Shown here: in pieces, positions 10,331 through 21,809 of the stretch
Layout: each line of letters starts with the position of its first letter
Numbering within the stretch: position 1 is the stretch's first letter
Notes under the pieces: generated by a model
Database searches by the model: none
The model's input: only the letters and a program-made list of their open reading frames with translations
Told to the model about the DNA's origin: nothing
Position numbers and translations under genes: made by a program
Source of the DNA: Myxococcota bacterium
GTDB lineage: Bacteria; Myxococcota_A; SURF-8; G963663525
DNA: 64,000 nucleotides
Direction of reading: 5' to 3'
Assembly (NCBI GenBank): GCA_963676915.2
Contig: CAXXVK010000012.1
Coordinates: forward strand, 1 to 64,000

Positions 10331-10380
10331 GTCCGATGGTCCTTTCTTTGGAAATACCAGAGTGTTCCCGCTTCCGAGGT

Positions 10381-12306
10381 TTATTTTCCGGAAGCGAGGT
10401 TCGTTTGCGGCTCTTTTTTCGAGTCAAAGGTGAAGGATATGAAATACATGCCCTCTTCCAGACGAGTATGTACATCGTATCCATTTTTGTAAAACACGTT
10501 CATCATCTTACGATTGGAACTGAGCACTTCGGCGGTAAATCCTCGAATACCCTTTTCCTGTGCAACTTCGATCAGGATTTTCTGCAAAAACGCACCGATT
10601 CCCCTGCGCTGCCATTTGGGCTGGACGGTGAAAGCGACTTCAGCCATGTTGGTACTTTGATCCAGGAACCACCGCCCTACCCCAACGATTTCTCGGTTGC
10701 CTTCGTCCCCGTAGTATCCCACAACGGCGAATTTCTCGGCGAGGTCCAATGCCACGAGCGGGAGCGCTTTGGCATGGGGGAGCGTTTTGACGGTTCCCAT
10801 AAAACGGTAATACACGTCTTCTGCGGTCATCGAATAGAATAGCCGCCGGATGTTTTCCTCGTCAACGGCTTTGATAGTGGTGAAGTCAATGGTTTCATTT
10901 TGCGCGGTCGTATAGTTCCAGCGATATCGTCCCGGATCGAAGTGCTCGTCATGCTCGGGCAATACCTGGTCTGCATAGATGTAATGCAGCTTTTTGGCTT
11001 CTTCGATGAGCTTCGCCCTGAATTTCGGATGGGCGATGTTGATCAGTGCCAGCGCCCGTTCACGAATGCTTTTTCCGTGCAGATAGGCCACACCATATTC
11101 CGTAACCACGTAATGCACATCGCCTCGGGTGGTAACAACACCGGCCCCAGGCGTCAACATGGGTACGATACGAGAAATTTCGTCGTTTTTCGCCGTCGAA
11201 GGAATCGCGATAATCGGCCGCCCGTTTTTGGCGAGAGAAGATCCTCGAATGAAATCGGCCTGACCCCCAATCCCCGAATAAAAATACGGACCCAACGAGT
11301 CGGAACATACCTGACCGGTAAGATCGATTTCCAAGGCCGAATTGATGGCCACCATGTTGTCGTTCAACGCAATATTGCGCGGGTCCGAAACGTAGTCGGT
11401 CGGATGAAAATGGAAGGTCGGGTTGTTGTCGATCAGGTCGTACAAATCCCGGCTACCCATGCAAAACGCCGCCACGATTTTGTCTCGATGGAACGTCTTT
11501 TTCCGGTTGGTGATGACCCCCAGTTTGTAGAGTTCCGCCATGTTGTCCGAAAACATTTCGGTATGCACGCCCAGATCTTTCTTGTCTTTCAAATGCTTGA
11601 GCGTCGCGTCGGGAATTTTTCCGATGCCGGCCTGGATCGTCGCACCGTTGGGAACGAGGCGGGAAACATAGTAGCCGATGCGATCGGCCACGGAATCCAC
11701 TTTGGCTACGGGGTATTCGAGCACATCCTCTTCGAACTCGATAATAGCGTCCAACTGCTCGATATTGACGAAGCTGTCCCCAAGCGTTCGCGGCATGCTC
11801 GGGTTCACTTGCGCCACGACATAAGGAGCCGCCTCGATAGCCGCTTTCACGGTTTCGACCGACATTCCCAACGAACAGTTGCCGAAAGGATCGGGAGTAG
11901 TCACCTGCACCAGCGCTACATCGATATGAAGACGACGGTTCTGGATCAGCTTCGGGATTTCCGAAAGGAAAATCGGCGTGTAGTCCGCTTCACCTTTCCG
12001 CACAGATTCTCTTGCTGCCGTGCCGATGAAAAACGTATTGAGCCGGAACATATCCCGGTTGTTGCTTTTCGTATACGGTGAGGTGCTCAACGAAATGAGC
12101 TGTAAAATCTCGGTATCGGCAATGTTTTCTCGGAAACGTCCCAGATTCTTGGTGAGATATTGCGGTTCGGCACAACCGGTACCAATGAAAATCCTGTTAC
12201 CCGGCTTGATTTTGCGCATTGCGCCGTTGACCGTCGTCAAGCGCTTTTCGTATATTTCCTGAAGTCTGGCGATTTTCCACTGAAAGTCGAACATCGAAAG
12301 TGTCAT
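10381..12306 (-). CDS. acetyl-CoA hydrolase/CoA-transferase fused to C-terminal GNAT acetyltransferase
   Basis: LGVHTEM, SGIGGQADF and VVTEYGVA motifs, then AEVAFTV..WQRRGIG (GNAT). Start set at ATG 12306 after GGAG. Confidence 0.9.
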   Translation of the reverse strand: MTLSMFDFQWKIARLQEIYEKRLTTVNGAMRKIKPGNRIFIGTGCAEPQYLTKNLGRFRENIADTEILQLISLSTSPYTKSNNRDMFRLNTFFIGTAARESVRKGEADYTPIFLSEIPKLIQNRRLHIDVALVQVTTPDPFGNCSLGMSVETVKAAIEAAPYVVAQVNPSMPRTLGDSFVNIEQLDAIIEFEEDVLEYPVAKVDSVADRIGYYVSRLVPNGATIQAGIGKIPDATLKHLKDKKDLGVHTEMFSDNMAELYKLGVITNRKKTFHRDKIVAAFCMGSRDLYDLIDNNPTFHFHPTDYVSDPRNIALNDNMVAINSALEIDLTGQVCSDSLGPYFYSGIGGQADFIRGSSLAKNGRPIIAIPSTAKNDEISRIVPMLTPGAGVVTTRGDVHYVVTEYGVAYLHGKSIRERALALINIAHPKFRAKLIEEAKKLHYIYADQVLPEHDEHFDPGRYRWNYTTAQNETIDFTTIKAVDEENIRRLFYSMTAEDVYYRFMGTVKTLPHAKALPLVALDLAEKFAVVGYYGDEGNREIVGVGRWFLDQSTNMAEVAFTVQPKWQRRGIGAFLQKILIEVAQEKGIRGFTAEVLSSNRKMMNVFYKNGYDVHTRLEEGMYFISFTFDSKKEPQTNLASGK

Positions 12307-12460
12307 GGTTTCTCCATGCGCGTGGGCAGCCCACGACGAATCCCGGAATCGTTCATGAACGGTACCGGGAAAGTATAGCAAATCCCTAGGTTTAAGAAAA
12401 CTTTTTCCCTACGTGCACTCACTTAAAGAGGTGAAAAAGCGGTAAACAAAGCAGCTTTCA

Positions 12461-15037
12461 TCACTCGTCGCTCTCGAAACCGAGCCTAGCCCGACCATAT
12501 ACCGGACGCCCTTTGACTCCTTCCGAAGGACCGACGATGCCGTCTTCCTCCATTTGCTCTATCATTCTGGCGGCACGGTTGTATCCAACCTGAAGACGCC
12601 GTTGAAGCATGGAAATCGAGGCTTTTCCCGACTCGCAGACAATCTGAATCGCTTTATCATACAAGGCATCTCCACCGGCTTTCGATGCCGCCTCGGCTTT
12701 CGCCTCGCTTTCCTCGCTGAACTGCTGAAGGAGCTGCTCGCCCCGATCTTCATTGAACGTAGCCTGTGACTTGATATGCCGTACCACACGATCGATTTCC
12801 GATTCCGATACAAACGAGCCATGAACACGCTGCGGCGTACCGGTTCCAGGTGCAAGATACAGCATGTCACCTCGACCCAACAGCGCTTCCGCTCCGTTCT
12901 GGTCGAGAATCGTCCGGCTGTCCACTTTCCCAGCGACTTTAAATGAGATCCGAGACGGGAAGTTGTTTTTGATCAATCCAGTTAAAACGTCGGTAGAAGG
13001 CCGTTGCGTGGCCACGATCAGGTGAATTCCCGCCGCTCGGGCCATTTGGGCCAAACGTGCAATGGCGGTTTCCACATCCGCCTTGGCAACCATCATCAGG
13101 TCGGCCAACTCGTCGATGATAACGACGATCAGAGGCAAGCGCTTGATCGCTTTTTTCCCCTTGATTTTCTTCAACAACCGCTGCGCCCTGGCATCTCGTG
13201 GTTGAATATTCTCAATTTCGCAGCCATCCTCGTCGTAAAAAGTTTCACGCAATTCGGAAACTTCATCAGCCAACTTATTGAAACTATCCAGGTTTTTTAC
13301 ACCCCAGGATGCCAGCAGGTCGTAACGGTTTTCCATTTCCTTGACAACCCAGTTGAGTGCAAGCGCCGCCTGCTGCGGATCTGTGACGACAGGCAACAAC
13401 AGGTGGGGGATGCCATCGTAGAAATTGAATTCGAGGCGTTTGGGGTCAACCATGATGAATTTGACTTCATCGGGCGTGGCACGATACAGGAACGACAGAA
13501 TCATCGTATTGACGGCAACGGATTTACCCGAACCCGTAGTACCTGCAATCAAAAGGTGAGGCATTTTCGCAAGTTCCGCCACGACGGGAAAACCGAAAAT
13601 GTTCTTACCCAATGTAAACGCCAGCTTGCTTTTCGCTCGGGCAAAGGCGTCGTCAGTCAACATTTCCTTGAAATACACCGTTTCCCGCAACTTGTTCGGC
13701 ACTTCGATACCCACCACGGATTTCCCCGGAATCGGTGCAACGATACGTACTTTGACCGCGGCCAGCGTCATGGCGAGATCGTCTTCCAACCCCGCGATTT
13801 TGCTGATACGAATCCCCGGTTTGGGCGCGTACTCATACATCGTGATGACCGGCCCCGGATGAATTTCCGTAACCTTGCCATCGATTCCGTAATGATTGAA
13901 GGCGTCTTCCAGCAAACGTGCGTTGTGCTTGAGTTCTTCGGTATCCGTGAGATTGTTTTCGGGCGCTTGATACTCCAACAGTTGCATAGAAGGCAACTCG
14001 TAGGTTTTCTCCTCCATTTCCTGTTTGCGCGTCGTCTCCATTTCCTGGATTTTCCGATCGATAGCGTCTTTGTCCATGCTCACGGCGCGAGACTCGACGA
14101 TCTCCGGTTCTCCCTCGACAGGCTCCTTCTTTTCCGGTGGGGTTTCAACCGGTTGGCTCTCTGCCGGAACAGGCTTGACGATAACAGGCTCGGACTCGAC
14201 CGCCGATTCGGTCTCCCAGGGCGGCTGTTCGTCGTCCTCCGCTTCCGGCAGTATTTCTTCTTCTATCGGAGGTGCAACCTCACGCACCGGGCGCTCGATT
14301 TCCACCACCTGCTCTCCCGGTTTCAGGATTGGAGCTTCGGTGGAAACAACAGGTTCCGGCTTTCGTCCACCATTCGAAATGACGGGTTCCGGCTCGTCGT
14401 TCTCTTCTTCGATCCGGCTACGGCGCGTCGTCCACCAACGCCGAGTACCTTTGGCCGCCACGGTGACTTTATCCGTCGCCACACGGCTGCTTTTGGCAAA
14501 AAGCAGACGGCTGAGCCAACCGAAAGCCCGTCCCGATATCGTCAAGGCTCTCCATGGAGGATGACCCAATGTTCCGAAAACAAAAAAGAACACGGCGGCA
14601 ACGGCGCATAGTCCGCAAACGACGCTCGAAAAGCTATCCGGTGGAAATCGATACAGCAGATCCCCCAAAGCACCGCCCCAAGGTTCATGCACGACATGGA
14701 AAAACAGCGCCAGGGGAAGAATGACCGCCCCACCCAACACAACACGAACAATCGAAAGCAGAGTTTGTGATGTAAAAAACACATACGCGCAATACGCAGC
14801 CATCGGTATCCAAAAATACCAGACGACTCCCATAGCTTCGGACAGCAGCAACCGCAACCCGCCCATCGACTGAGCAAACCATCCCTTGGCGTTAGGATCG
14901 TCGGGAAAGGTCGCGGCCAAGGTCAAGGCCACCGCCAGACATACGAGAAATCCCGCCGAAGCATCGTAGATCCACGACGGAGAATTCTTTTTCTTTTGGG
15001 CTTTTTTCTTACCGTTTTTACTAGTTTTTTTTGCCAT
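12461..15037 (-). CDS. ftsK: DNA translocase FtsK
   Basis: N-terminal TM helices, GTTGSGKS Walker A, IIDELADLMM, ARAAGIHLIVATQRPS, gamma domain SISMLQRRLQVGYNRAAR. Confidence 0.97.
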   Translation of the reverse strand: MAKKTSKNGKKKAQKKKNSPSWIYDASAGFLVCLAVALTLAATFPDDPNAKGWFAQSMGGLRLLLSEAMGVVWYFWIPMAAYCAYVFFTSQTLLSIVRVVLGGAVILPLALFFHVVHEPWGGALGDLLYRFPPDSFSSVVCGLCAVAAVFFFVFGTLGHPPWRALTISGRAFGWLSRLLFAKSSRVATDKVTVAAKGTRRWWTTRRSRIEEENDEPEPVISNGGRKPEPVVSTEAPILKPGEQVVEIERPVREVAPPIEEEILPEAEDDEQPPWETESAVESEPVIVKPVPAESQPVETPPEKKEPVEGEPEIVESRAVSMDKDAIDRKIQEMETTRKQEMEEKTYELPSMQLLEYQAPENNLTDTEELKHNARLLEDAFNHYGIDGKVTEIHPGPVITMYEYAPKPGIRISKIAGLEDDLAMTLAAVKVRIVAPIPGKSVVGIEVPNKLRETVYFKEMLTDDAFARAKSKLAFTLGKNIFGFPVVAELAKMPHLLIAGTTGSGKSVAVNTMILSFLYRATPDEVKFIMVDPKRLEFNFYDGIPHLLLPVVTDPQQAALALNWVVKEMENRYDLLASWGVKNLDSFNKLADEVSELRETFYDEDGCEIENIQPRDARAQRLLKKIKGKKAIKRLPLIVVIIDELADLMMVAKADVETAIARLAQMARAAGIHLIVATQRPSTDVLTGLIKNNFPSRISFKVAGKVDSRTILDQNGAEALLGRGDMLYLAPGTGTPQRVHGSFVSESEIDRVVRHIKSQATFNEDRGEQLLQQFSEESEAKAEAASKAGGDALYDKAIQIVCESGKASISMLQRRLQVGYNRAARMIEQMEEDGIVGPSEGVKGRPVYGRARLGFESDE

Positions 15038-16650
15038 CAGTCGATTTCCGGATGGTTCGCGAGATCCTCGGATTCAAGCCCCAAAGGCTGGCTTTCCTCC
15101 ACTACCGTACAGCCGTCTTCATTAAGCGTCGCTCCTCCGGGAGGTTCCGGGCCGTTGAAAAGACTGATGGGAACATTCGATAAAATCCATTCCTTTTCAG
15201 CCATACTTGAGGCAAATTCCGTCATGTATTCCTTTTTCAACGGAGGACCGGGCCGGAATTTGGCCTTTAATGGATTGATCCAGCGTCCGTTTTCTTTCAG
15301 TCCATAATGAAGGTGCGGACCGGTGGAGCGCCCCGTGGACCCCACTCGTCCGATAACACGTTTTTGTTTGACTCGCAGCCCCCTTGTGACATGAATGCGA
15401 CTCAGGTGGCAATACACGCTTTCATATCCGTTGGCATGCCTGATTTTAACACCTTTACCGCATGGCCCCATCCATCCCGCGCCTGTGACAGTTCCATCGG
15501 CCGCCGCCCAGACAGCCGTACCACGCGCCGCGCCGTAATCCACACCGTTGTGCTTCTTATGTTTGTGCAAGGTGGGATGCATTCGGAAACCGAACTTGCT
15601 GGTTACTCGCACGGTGTTCAAAGGAGCACGCAAAAAAGTTTTGCGCACGGATTTTCCATCGGGAAGGTAATAGTCGCTGACTTTTCCATCCGCCGAATCG
15701 AAATGGTACGCGAAACGGTCCCCTGTAAAACTGCCGGAATACTCCGCCGCCAGCACCCGTCCATATCCGACGGTGTGGCCTTTATAAATGTACTTTTCGA
15801 AGATCGCTTTGAACGTGTCGCCTTTGCGGCATTCGGAGGAGAAATCGATATCCCAGGCAAATACCTCGGCCAGTGCGACAGCCAACGCCACGCCTTCACC
15901 TTGAAGTGCTACGGCATTGCTCAGGTTGCTTTGCACCTGGCCTCCGACCTGCACCATAACTTTTTCGGTTTCTTCCCGTTCTTCCCACGAAACGAGTTTT
16001 CCGCTTGGCGACAATACCGCCCGATAGCGACGCCTTTCATGCAGGACATACGTAAAATCAACCAGTTGTCCGGCAGTATCGAACTCTAAACGCCAGCGAT
16101 GACCGGGGCGACTGTCCCGGAAATCGAACTGACCTTTCAGGGTTTGCACGATCAGATTGGTAATCCGGTAGTGCACACCTTTTTCGTCGAGAGACAGGGA
16201 AAAGAACTGGTTCGGAAGGATTTCTCCTTCCACGATACGCAACGGTCCGTACAACACCCGCCCTTTCAGCGTCGCATATCTTGGCGCGGGTGGAATATCG
16301 CGAATTTCCGGGGGAAGGCTTGAAAAGACGGTCGAATCAAAATACGACAGCTCCGGCGAAAACAGCCCCGGAACCTCCGTCACACACCCTTTGGCTAACA
16401 ACGTACCATCGGGTAACAACCCGGTATCTTTCGCTTTTTCCGTCGAGTCGCCGATCGGAGAGACTCCCGCGTTCTCCTTCTCACCCGTCACGTCTTGAAA
16501 AATACTCGGGGGCGTCTCCAACGTGTCTCGCTCGTGGTTCCACATCAGGAAAGCGGCGACGATCAAAAAGAGGCTGATTCCCACCGTGACGGAAGGCAAG
16601 CGATTTCGAGCGCCGTGCCGACGAATCGGAATGTTCCGTTTATCGAACAT
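15037..16650 (-). CDS. M23-family peptidoglycan DD-endopeptidase
   Basis: HNGVD (HxxxD), YCHLS and STGPHLHY zinc motifs. Confidence 0.92.
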   Translation of the reverse strand: MFDKRNIPIRRHGARNRLPSVTVGISLFLIVAAFLMWNHERDTLETPPSIFQDVTGEKENAGVSPIGDSTEKAKDTGLLPDGTLLAKGCVTEVPGLFSPELSYFDSTVFSSLPPEIRDIPPAPRYATLKGRVLYGPLRIVEGEILPNQFFSLSLDEKGVHYRITNLIVQTLKGQFDFRDSRPGHRWRLEFDTAGQLVDFTYVLHERRRYRAVLSPSGKLVSWEEREETEKVMVQVGGQVQSNLSNAVALQGEGVALAVALAEVFAWDIDFSSECRKGDTFKAIFEKYIYKGHTVGYGRVLAAEYSGSFTGDRFAYHFDSADGKVSDYYLPDGKSVRKTFLRAPLNTVRVTSKFGFRMHPTLHKHKKHNGVDYGAARGTAVWAAADGTVTGAGWMGPCGKGVKIRHANGYESVYCHLSRIHVTRGLRVKQKRVIGRVGSTGRSTGPHLHYGLKENGRWINPLKAKFRPGPPLKKEYMTEFASSMAEKEWILSNVPISLFNGPEPPGGATLNEDGCTVVEESQPLGLESEDLANHPEID

Positions 16651-17135
16651 GACAGTTCTGTAACCTATGAGAATTTCTAAAATAATTCAAATAGAATCCC
16701 CACTTGTGTCCCGCGTTTGCTTTGGGTGATTCCTATTTTCAATGTAGTATAGCAGCGTCTTCAACGCAACGCAATATCGGAACAAATGAAAGAAAAAAGT
16801 TTTACCTCTCAACGTATGAAACTTAACAATAGAGTTCTCCTCAGAGTTCTCCTCGGGATTTGGGAATTTGAAAAGGACATCGATCAAGAAAATGTATTTA
16901 GAGCAATTTGGACTTCCAATTCTCAATATATTTATACAGGAGATCACACTCCTGTTACATTTCACTTTACGATCAATCGAGCCGTTATCTTAAAACTTCC
17001 TGAAAAAAATTTCATCATTTACACGTTTTCCGCTAAACTATATACTTTTAGAACAGTTACGTACTGTATTGTGAACAAATATCGATAAGTTTTCGGTGAA
17101 ATGGTTCCCTTTTTCGATTCACCGGACGGGAAGCA

Positions 17136-20100
17136 ATGATGAACCAGCCGGATATTGAAAAAAACCTGACGGATGCGTTGAACTCCAGCAAGCAAGCCGA
17201 AGATCGGGCGCGGCTCAGGATCGAATTAGGTGCTTTGGCGGAAGAGGCCGGTGACATCTCCTCAGCGTTGAAACAATACCAAAAAGCCTTGAAGGAAGAC
17301 GCCACGTTCGTTCCTTTGATCGCAGCCGCAGAGTTGCTGGAACGAGAAAACTGCTGGCCTTTGGCAATTCGTATGCGACGGGCAGCGCTCGCTTTGGCAC
17401 CAGACAACGATACTCGAGGCAAATGGCTCGCACGACTGGCCGAAATCTTGATTCACTGGTTAGACGAACCGGAACAAGCCGAAGCGCTCTTAAAGGAGCA
17501 TTCGGATAGTACCTTTGGAAATTTCAAGTGCTTTTCTCTCCTGGAAGAATCGTTGCAACTCAACGATAAAACGGGAGAAATCATCGATTTCTATCGGAAA
17601 GCCATCGAATCCAAAGCCTTCGAAAACCATCGCGAGGCGCTGTTGGACCGTGCCGCCGTGTGGTTCGAAAAGGAACAGGTTCCCGAGGAAGAACGTATCG
17701 AGTTGTACCGAAACATCGTGAAACGTCGCGGTTCGGATTCTATGGCCGGAACCGAGTTGAAACGGCTGCTCATCCGAAACAAACGCTGGGAAGAACTGTT
17801 CGAACTTAAAAATGTCGAGTCAGAGGAATTGTCCCGTTTCGAAGCCGAATTCCTCACGAACGGAACCCGTGACGAAGCTGTGGAATTCTACCTGCAATTT
17901 GCAAAACGAGTTCCTGAGCACGCGAAAAAATTTTTCATGCGGGCTTATACCCTGCTCGTCCATCAGCCAGAAAATCACCAGCAAGCTTTGGATCTTCTTG
18001 GGAAAATCCTCACCATCGACCCGTATGATTCTCAGGCGCTCGAAATCCTCGAGCAAGCCTACCGAAAAGAGCAGCGTTGGGAGGAATTGTCGGAAGTATT
18101 GCGTCGCCGATGCGAGCAGGAAAAAGACGTTCCGACGTTGGTTCAGTTGCTTCTGGATTGGGGGCGCGTCAACGAAACGAAAACCGGTCGGATCGACCGA
18201 GCCATTTCCGCCTACCGACACGTTCTTGCGAAAGAACCGGGGCATTGGGTCGCCCTTTCGGCTTTAAAACGTTTGTACGGCGAGAAAGGCGCGTGGACCA
18301 AGCTCGTGGATGTCATCGAGGGTTCCGCCGAGGCGACATCCGAAAATTCCGTGCGCGGACAACTTTGGTTCGAAGCTGGAGAAATATTCCTCACTCACCT
18401 GAAAAAACCGGCCAAAGCACGGCAATGTTACGAAAAATCACTCAGTTACGACAGTCGTTTGCAACTCGCTCGGGAACGTCTTGAAACCGCAAAACAACAA
18501 GGTTCCGGGCAGCAGGAAGAACTTCCGCTTGAGACTTCTGCAACATCGGGCGAAAGTCGATCCAAAGAGGAAAAAGACGACAAAATCGAAGCGACCGTAA
18601 CCAAAAACTTCCCAGTTTCGTCTTTCATCCATGACGAACCCGCCGACGAAAAACCCGTTGCAAAAGACCAGACGGAGAAGGAAGAAGAGACGAATTCCGA
18701 AGATACGCTGGACTACTCTGAAACATCGTTCGAGCGGCTCGACGCTTTATCCAGAAAAGCCTTGGAAGCCGAAGCGAAAGAAAACTGGACCCAAGCCCTT
18801 GATTTTTATGAAAAAATGATACCGCTGACCGGTTCGGTGGACGATCGCATCGGTCTTTACAAACGGATCGGAAAACTACGCTACGACCGCTTGGACGACG
18901 CCAAAGGTGCCGCAGAAGCGTGGGAACAGGTCGCTGCCAGAAAACCTAATTCGCCAGAGGTCATCAACGTTCTGGCCCAATTGTATTCCCAGACGGATCA
19001 CCACACGAGAGCGGCGAAGTACTACCAAAAATTAATCGACATGGAAACCGTTCCATCCGAAGAAGCCCGTTTGCGCCTGGTTCTGGCGGGCGTGCTCCAC
19101 AACAAATTAGGCGATCATCTCAGTGCGGTGGAACAATACCAAAAAGTTCTGGAAATCGATCCGAATACCGAAGGCGTTCTCGAAGCCCTGGTCTCGATTC
19201 AGCGGGAAACGGGACGAATTCTGGATCTCGTGGAAACCCTGGAACGACGAATCAGCGAGTTGGGAGACGAAGAAGTGGACGCATGGGGTGTCGCTCACGC
19301 TCTGGCTGGCACGAATCCATCATGAAGAGATGAACGATTTCGCCCGTGCTCGCGAAATTATGGAAGAGGCGATTGCCGAGGTTCCCGGAGAAGAACACCT
19401 TCTGGAATTCCAGGCCGGTTTGTTGGCGAATTCTACGGAATATTCCAAAGATTCGGTCGATAAGTACCGGGAATTGATCCACGTTTCGCCGTTCAAACTG
19501 GAGGCATGGCACGGTCTATACGAGGTTTTCCGGCAACGTGAAGAATGGGATAAAGCCTATTGCTGCACGCTCGCGCTGGAATTTCTGCACGACCTTTCCC
19601 CCGATCAACAACGTTTCGTCGATGAAATCCGCTCGTTACGAGCGAGGCGGTTTTCGTCGTACATCCCGGAACTCGATCAAAGTCGGCTGCTGGTCCATCC
19701 AGGAGAACGCAACGAAATCGGTGATGTAACGCAAATTTTGTCGAAAGTGCTCCCGCGCATGGTGCCGCCGAATCTGGGACAATATTCCCTGGAAACCTGC
19801 TACCACGCCGCAGGAAGTTCGGCGAGCTTCCGTCATTTCGAACATGCGGCGCAATATCTTGGCATCGAGCGTTTCGAGCTTTACATCGCGCACCGTCAAC
19901 CCAATCTTCTGCACGTCGCCGACACCCGGCCCCAAACGGTGGTATTGGGTGGAGATTTCGCGTTGGCCACCGACACCATCCGGCGTTTCGCAATGGGTAA
20001 GGCCGTTTCACGCCTGAAACGTCTGCGCTCGCGGTTCATCGACATCAACCATGTGGTGCTCAAGCGTTGGACAGAAACGCTGATCTACATTTTTTACAGC

Positions 20101-20499
20101 GATTTCAAACCTGAATTCACTCAGTTGGAAACCCTCGACCGCTTTGCCGATTCGATGCGTTCCGAAATTCCGGGAAATCTGATGGGAGAGGCACGCCTCG
20201 CCGCCGAGGCCATCTACCTCAAACGAGACAAAGCCCTGGACTACGAAGCGTTCCTGAAAGCCGTGAGACATACCGAAAATCGTTTCGGCCTGTTGCTCTC
20301 CGGCAGCCTGATGGATGCGGCGCTTGTCGTGCATTATCTCGCCCAGGGAAAACCGCCCAAACGCCCCAAAAGTACCAAGGAAGTCCTGGTGCGCCACCGA
20401 GACGATGACGAAATCAAGGAACTGCTGCGATTCGCCATATCCAACGAACACTTCGAATTACGGCGCATGACAAAAACGGCAGCAGCCTACGAACCGTAA
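17136..20499 (+). CDS. large TPR-repeat protein, split by a +1 frameshift near 19285
   Basis: ORFs 17136-19325 and 19123-20499 join if one G is removed from GGGG (19285-19288), giving ...DEEVDAWVSLTLWLARIH...; C-terminal RFGLLLSG...ELLRFAIS..HF.LR resembles myxobacterial giant TPR proteins. Confidence 0.8.
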
Positions 20500-20551
20500 A
20501 ATCTGACCGAAGGGTCCAACAATTCCCATCGAATAACAAGGAGAGAACGGC

Positions 20552-21347
20552 ATGTCCGGTTTCGATTTACATTTGACCGATAAAGTATTTCTCGTCGCGG
20601 GAGCGAGCGAAGGCTTAGGGTTCGCCACCGCGAAAACGTTGGCCGAAATGGGGGCGAACGTCAGTATTTGCGCCCGAAGACAAGATATCCTCTCCAACGC
20701 GGCTCAGCGCATTCGTGTCGCGACGGGACGCGAAGTTTTTCCATACGGTGGAGATCTGACCGACCCTGAATTTCCTGGCTGCTGGGTGGACGCAGTCGTC
20801 GGGCGCTGGAAACGGATCGACGGTGTATTTACCAACAACGGCGGTCCGCCATCCGGGACGTTCGAATCGTTTTGGGACGATGCCTGGGAGGACGCCATGT
20901 CACTCACGTTGATGCCCGCCGTGCGGCTCGTACGAGAAGCCCTTCCCTATCTGAAACGAAAAAACGGCGTCGTGCTGCATTCCGTGTCGATGTCGGTACG
21001 TCAACCCCATTTCCGGGCTGCTGCTGTCCAATGCCATGCGACAAGCGGTGGTCGGTATGGCCAAAACCCAGGCCGACGAATTCGGACCGATGGGCATACG
21101 GGTCAACTGCATTGCTCCGGGGTTGTTCTCTACCGGACGACTCGAAGCGGTTTTGCGCAAGCAAGCTGCGGCAGCGAAAATTCCGCTCGGCGAGCATAAA
21201 GAGAAAAGCCAGGCCGCCATTCCACTGAGACGTTTCGGAGATCCGAAGGAATTCGCCGACCTCGCCGCTTTCCTGCTTAGTGACAGGTCTTCGTACATGA
21301 CCGGCCAGACGGTGGTTCTCGATGGCGGAATGGCTCGTGCATACTGA
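20552..21347 (+). CDS. SDR-family oxidoreductase, split by a +1 frameshift near 21005
   Basis: GASEGLG and NNGGPP motifs; removing one C from CCCC (21005-21008) gives VRQPISGLLLSNAMR, joined to RVNCIAPG...IPLRRFGDPKE...SYMTGQ. Confidence 0.85.
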
Positions 21348-21372
21348 AAGCGTTGTTGGTGTTTTGCGGAAG

Positions 21373-21753
21373 ATGTCTCGAAATTTCATTCTTTTTATGA
21401 TGCTCTCGGTCTGCTTCTTGCTGTTTCCAACCGCTTGCAACGACGACAACGGCGAAGGCGATCCTTGCACAGTCGACGCCGAATGCAAGGCCGACCTTAA
21501 ATGCTGTTACGGTATCTGCGAAGCTGTCGGAGATGAAGAGTTGTGTTTGGAAGCCTGCCGTCTTAAAATGGAATGCCGTAGTGATTCGAACGCAGCAGAC
21601 GCCCTTGACAAATGTCAGGACAAATGCCGGGACGAACCCTGCAAGCGGGACAACGCTTACAACGGCTGTGTCGTCAAAGCCGACGATTGCGATGGGATTC
21701 AGGTTTGCCAACCGATAGTCGGAAACAGCGGAAACCCTGAAATTCCTCTTTGA
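21373..21753 (+). CDS. small Cys-rich lipoprotein
   Basis: Signal peptide ending PTAC; many Cys in the mature part. Confidence 0.75.
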   Translation: MSRNFILFMMLSVCFLLFPTACNDDNGEGDPCTVDAECKADLKCCYGICEAVGDEELCLEACRLKMECRSDSNAADALDKCQDKCRDEPCKRDNAYNGCVVKADDCDGIQVCQPIVGNSGNPEIPL

Positions 21754-21809
21754 TTTCAAGGAATTGACACGAAAACCAGGAACGAGATCCATTCCACCGG
21801 AAAGACCCG

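Noticed and set aside
16687-17088. ORFs of 92 and 100 aa in the AT-rich intergenic region
   Set aside because: Atypical composition, no clear RBS or motifs, and they overlap on opposite strands.
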